DNA of 62,682 bases, counting the filler, from Rhabdomonas costata (Eukaryota), in the NCBI GenBank assembly GCA_019059605.1. It is 47 parts of 47 records of this genome, joined end to end, with 100 filler letters (N's around TTAATTAATTAA, not from the genome) between each part and the next. Parts side by side here need not be neighbours in the genome. Positions count along the whole stretch, not along the records: positions 61,448 to 62,682 come from JAHMHO010022503.1; 46 more parts are not named here. One strand, 5' to 3'. Position numbers and translations under genes: made by a program. How positions within the stretch are numbered: the stretch's first letter is position 1; each line of letters begins with the position of its first letter. Below the pieces are notes generated by a model that was not told where the DNA came from, did not search any database, and worked only from the letters and a program-made list of their open reading frames with translations. Positions 61,625 to 62,682 of the stretch are shown here, piece after piece.

Positions 61625-62604
61625 CTTGCTGTCCCAAATGCATATCGTGTTGTCCGCAGAACCGGAAAGCAGAAAATCACCGACGTTGACCAACACCGTG
61701 ACCGCACTTTTGTGATGGCGAAGAACTTGAAGGCAAGTGAAATTCTGTTTATCAAAAACGAAAAGAAAAACAGAAAGGAGGAATTTTCGAAAATCTCGAA
61801 AATTGCTGACGTAACAAACGGACGCCAAATGCAAAGGAAAGCGAAAAAGCCTGAGTACCTTGACGTCCCACAGCCCAATGGTATTGTCCTCTGATCCACT
61901 CCAAAGGATGTTGTCAAAGGACAAAGCCAGGGCTAAAAGGGCGTGCTTGTGGGCCTGAAGCTGAAACTTGGAACTGAAATCCTGAGAATTTTACAGAATG
62001 CAAAAGCCGCAATAAACTCAGTGGAACAACGCCACAAAAAAAGAACAGAAAAGCAGAGCCGTGTCTACCGGTAAGCTCCAAACGTACAGTGCTCCATCCT
62101 CAGAGCCACTGCAAAGTGCGTCCGGTGTGACAGCCAGACAGCGTACTGCCGCACGGTGCCCTTCCAAGCGATGGGTAAGCTGAAATGTCTGAACGAAATT
62201 ATGCACACAACAGTCATGCTTAAGGAAATGCCGTGAAACGTCGTCATAAGAAGGAAAACGAGAAACTGCTCCGGCAGCGACCTCAGCATTCCAAACAAGA
62301 ACTGTGGCATCGTTGGCCGCCGAGAACACCCAGTTGCTTGAGGTGGCGATGGAGCGAACTGCGCCCGAGTGCTCACGCGCCTCGTGAACCACGCCAGCTT
62401 CCTGATAGCACACAGAGAAAGAAATGAAAGGTATGGTATGACAAGATATATATGCAGCTCATATTCAAAGGGAAAGCATACTGAAATATCGTAAACGCAG
62501 AGCAGTCCAGAGCTACAGCCAATCCAAACTTGTGCGAAACGTTTCAGAACGACGGTAGCGACTTCTTTGTGTCCAACGCGAAGAACAGACTCCACAATGC
62601 CACC
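61625..62604 (-). CDS. WD40-repeat protein, partial (exons 62482-62604, 62282-62401, 62069-62188, 61859-61981, 61625-61744)
   Basis: Each exon is one repeat, e.g. HRLEGHRAAVRCLAV...CSGSEDGALYVWS and HHKSAVTVLV...LSGSADNTICIWD. All introns are phase-0 GT-AG. Confidence 0.94.
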
Positions 62605-62682
62605 CTAAGGAAAAAGTACTATTCTGGAACGAATCCAGAACGAAAATTGTCTGTCAAAATTTGGCCAATTGACACACCCCCC

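Noticed and set aside
223-62427. Most short ORFs in the supplied track
   Set aside because: They are antisense or off-frame shadows of GC-rich exons, microsatellite translations, or run into N linkers.
1-62682. Operon-like or clustered reading of neighbouring genes (e.g. adjacent EWMY contigs at 52104-54673)
   Set aside because: Neighbours are separated by linkers, so adjacency carries no biological information.
1-62682. Euglenid non-conventional (non-GT-AG, stem-forming) introns
   Set aside because: Every junction I could anchor by protein homology fits GT-AG. Non-conventional introns cannot be excluded without transcripts, but none is supported here.

Overview
This window is not contiguous DNA. 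It is 47 unrelated contigs of ~1.23-1.24 kb joined by an artificial 100-nt linker (N44-TTAATTAATTAA-N44), so no synteny can be read across linkers. The contigs are fragments of an intron-rich eukaryotic nuclear genome, most likely a euglenozoan (euglenid or diplonemid; my inference from kinetoplastid-like Hsp10, ATP11, PEM1/CHO2 and amino-acid permease sequences, abundant GT-AG introns with GTRYG-like donors, and TTAGGG repeats). Contig ends show whole-genome-amplification artefacts: G/T-only primer remnants and fold-back hairpins. Genes recognised by eye: selenoprotein M with an in-frame UGA (CSGU, missed by the ORF track), Hsp10, D-cysteine desulfhydrase, an RBR E3 ligase, an APC permease, an FGGY kinase, a GT47-like glycosyltransferase, an aldo-keto reductase, ATP11, a CHO2-type PE methyltransferase, a PB1-domain protein, KIF9, mitochondrial L21, a WD40 protein, and several class III nucleotide-cyclase-related fragments, three of which share an EW(MY) motif. 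Mobile elements: degenerate CRE-like non-LTR retrotransposons, a Merlin/IS1595-like transposase relic, a DIRS-type RNase H, a short dispersed repeat, and one AT-rich contig resembling a plant Ty3/gypsy LTR (probable contaminant). All calls come from manual translation and motif recall; no database searches were run.
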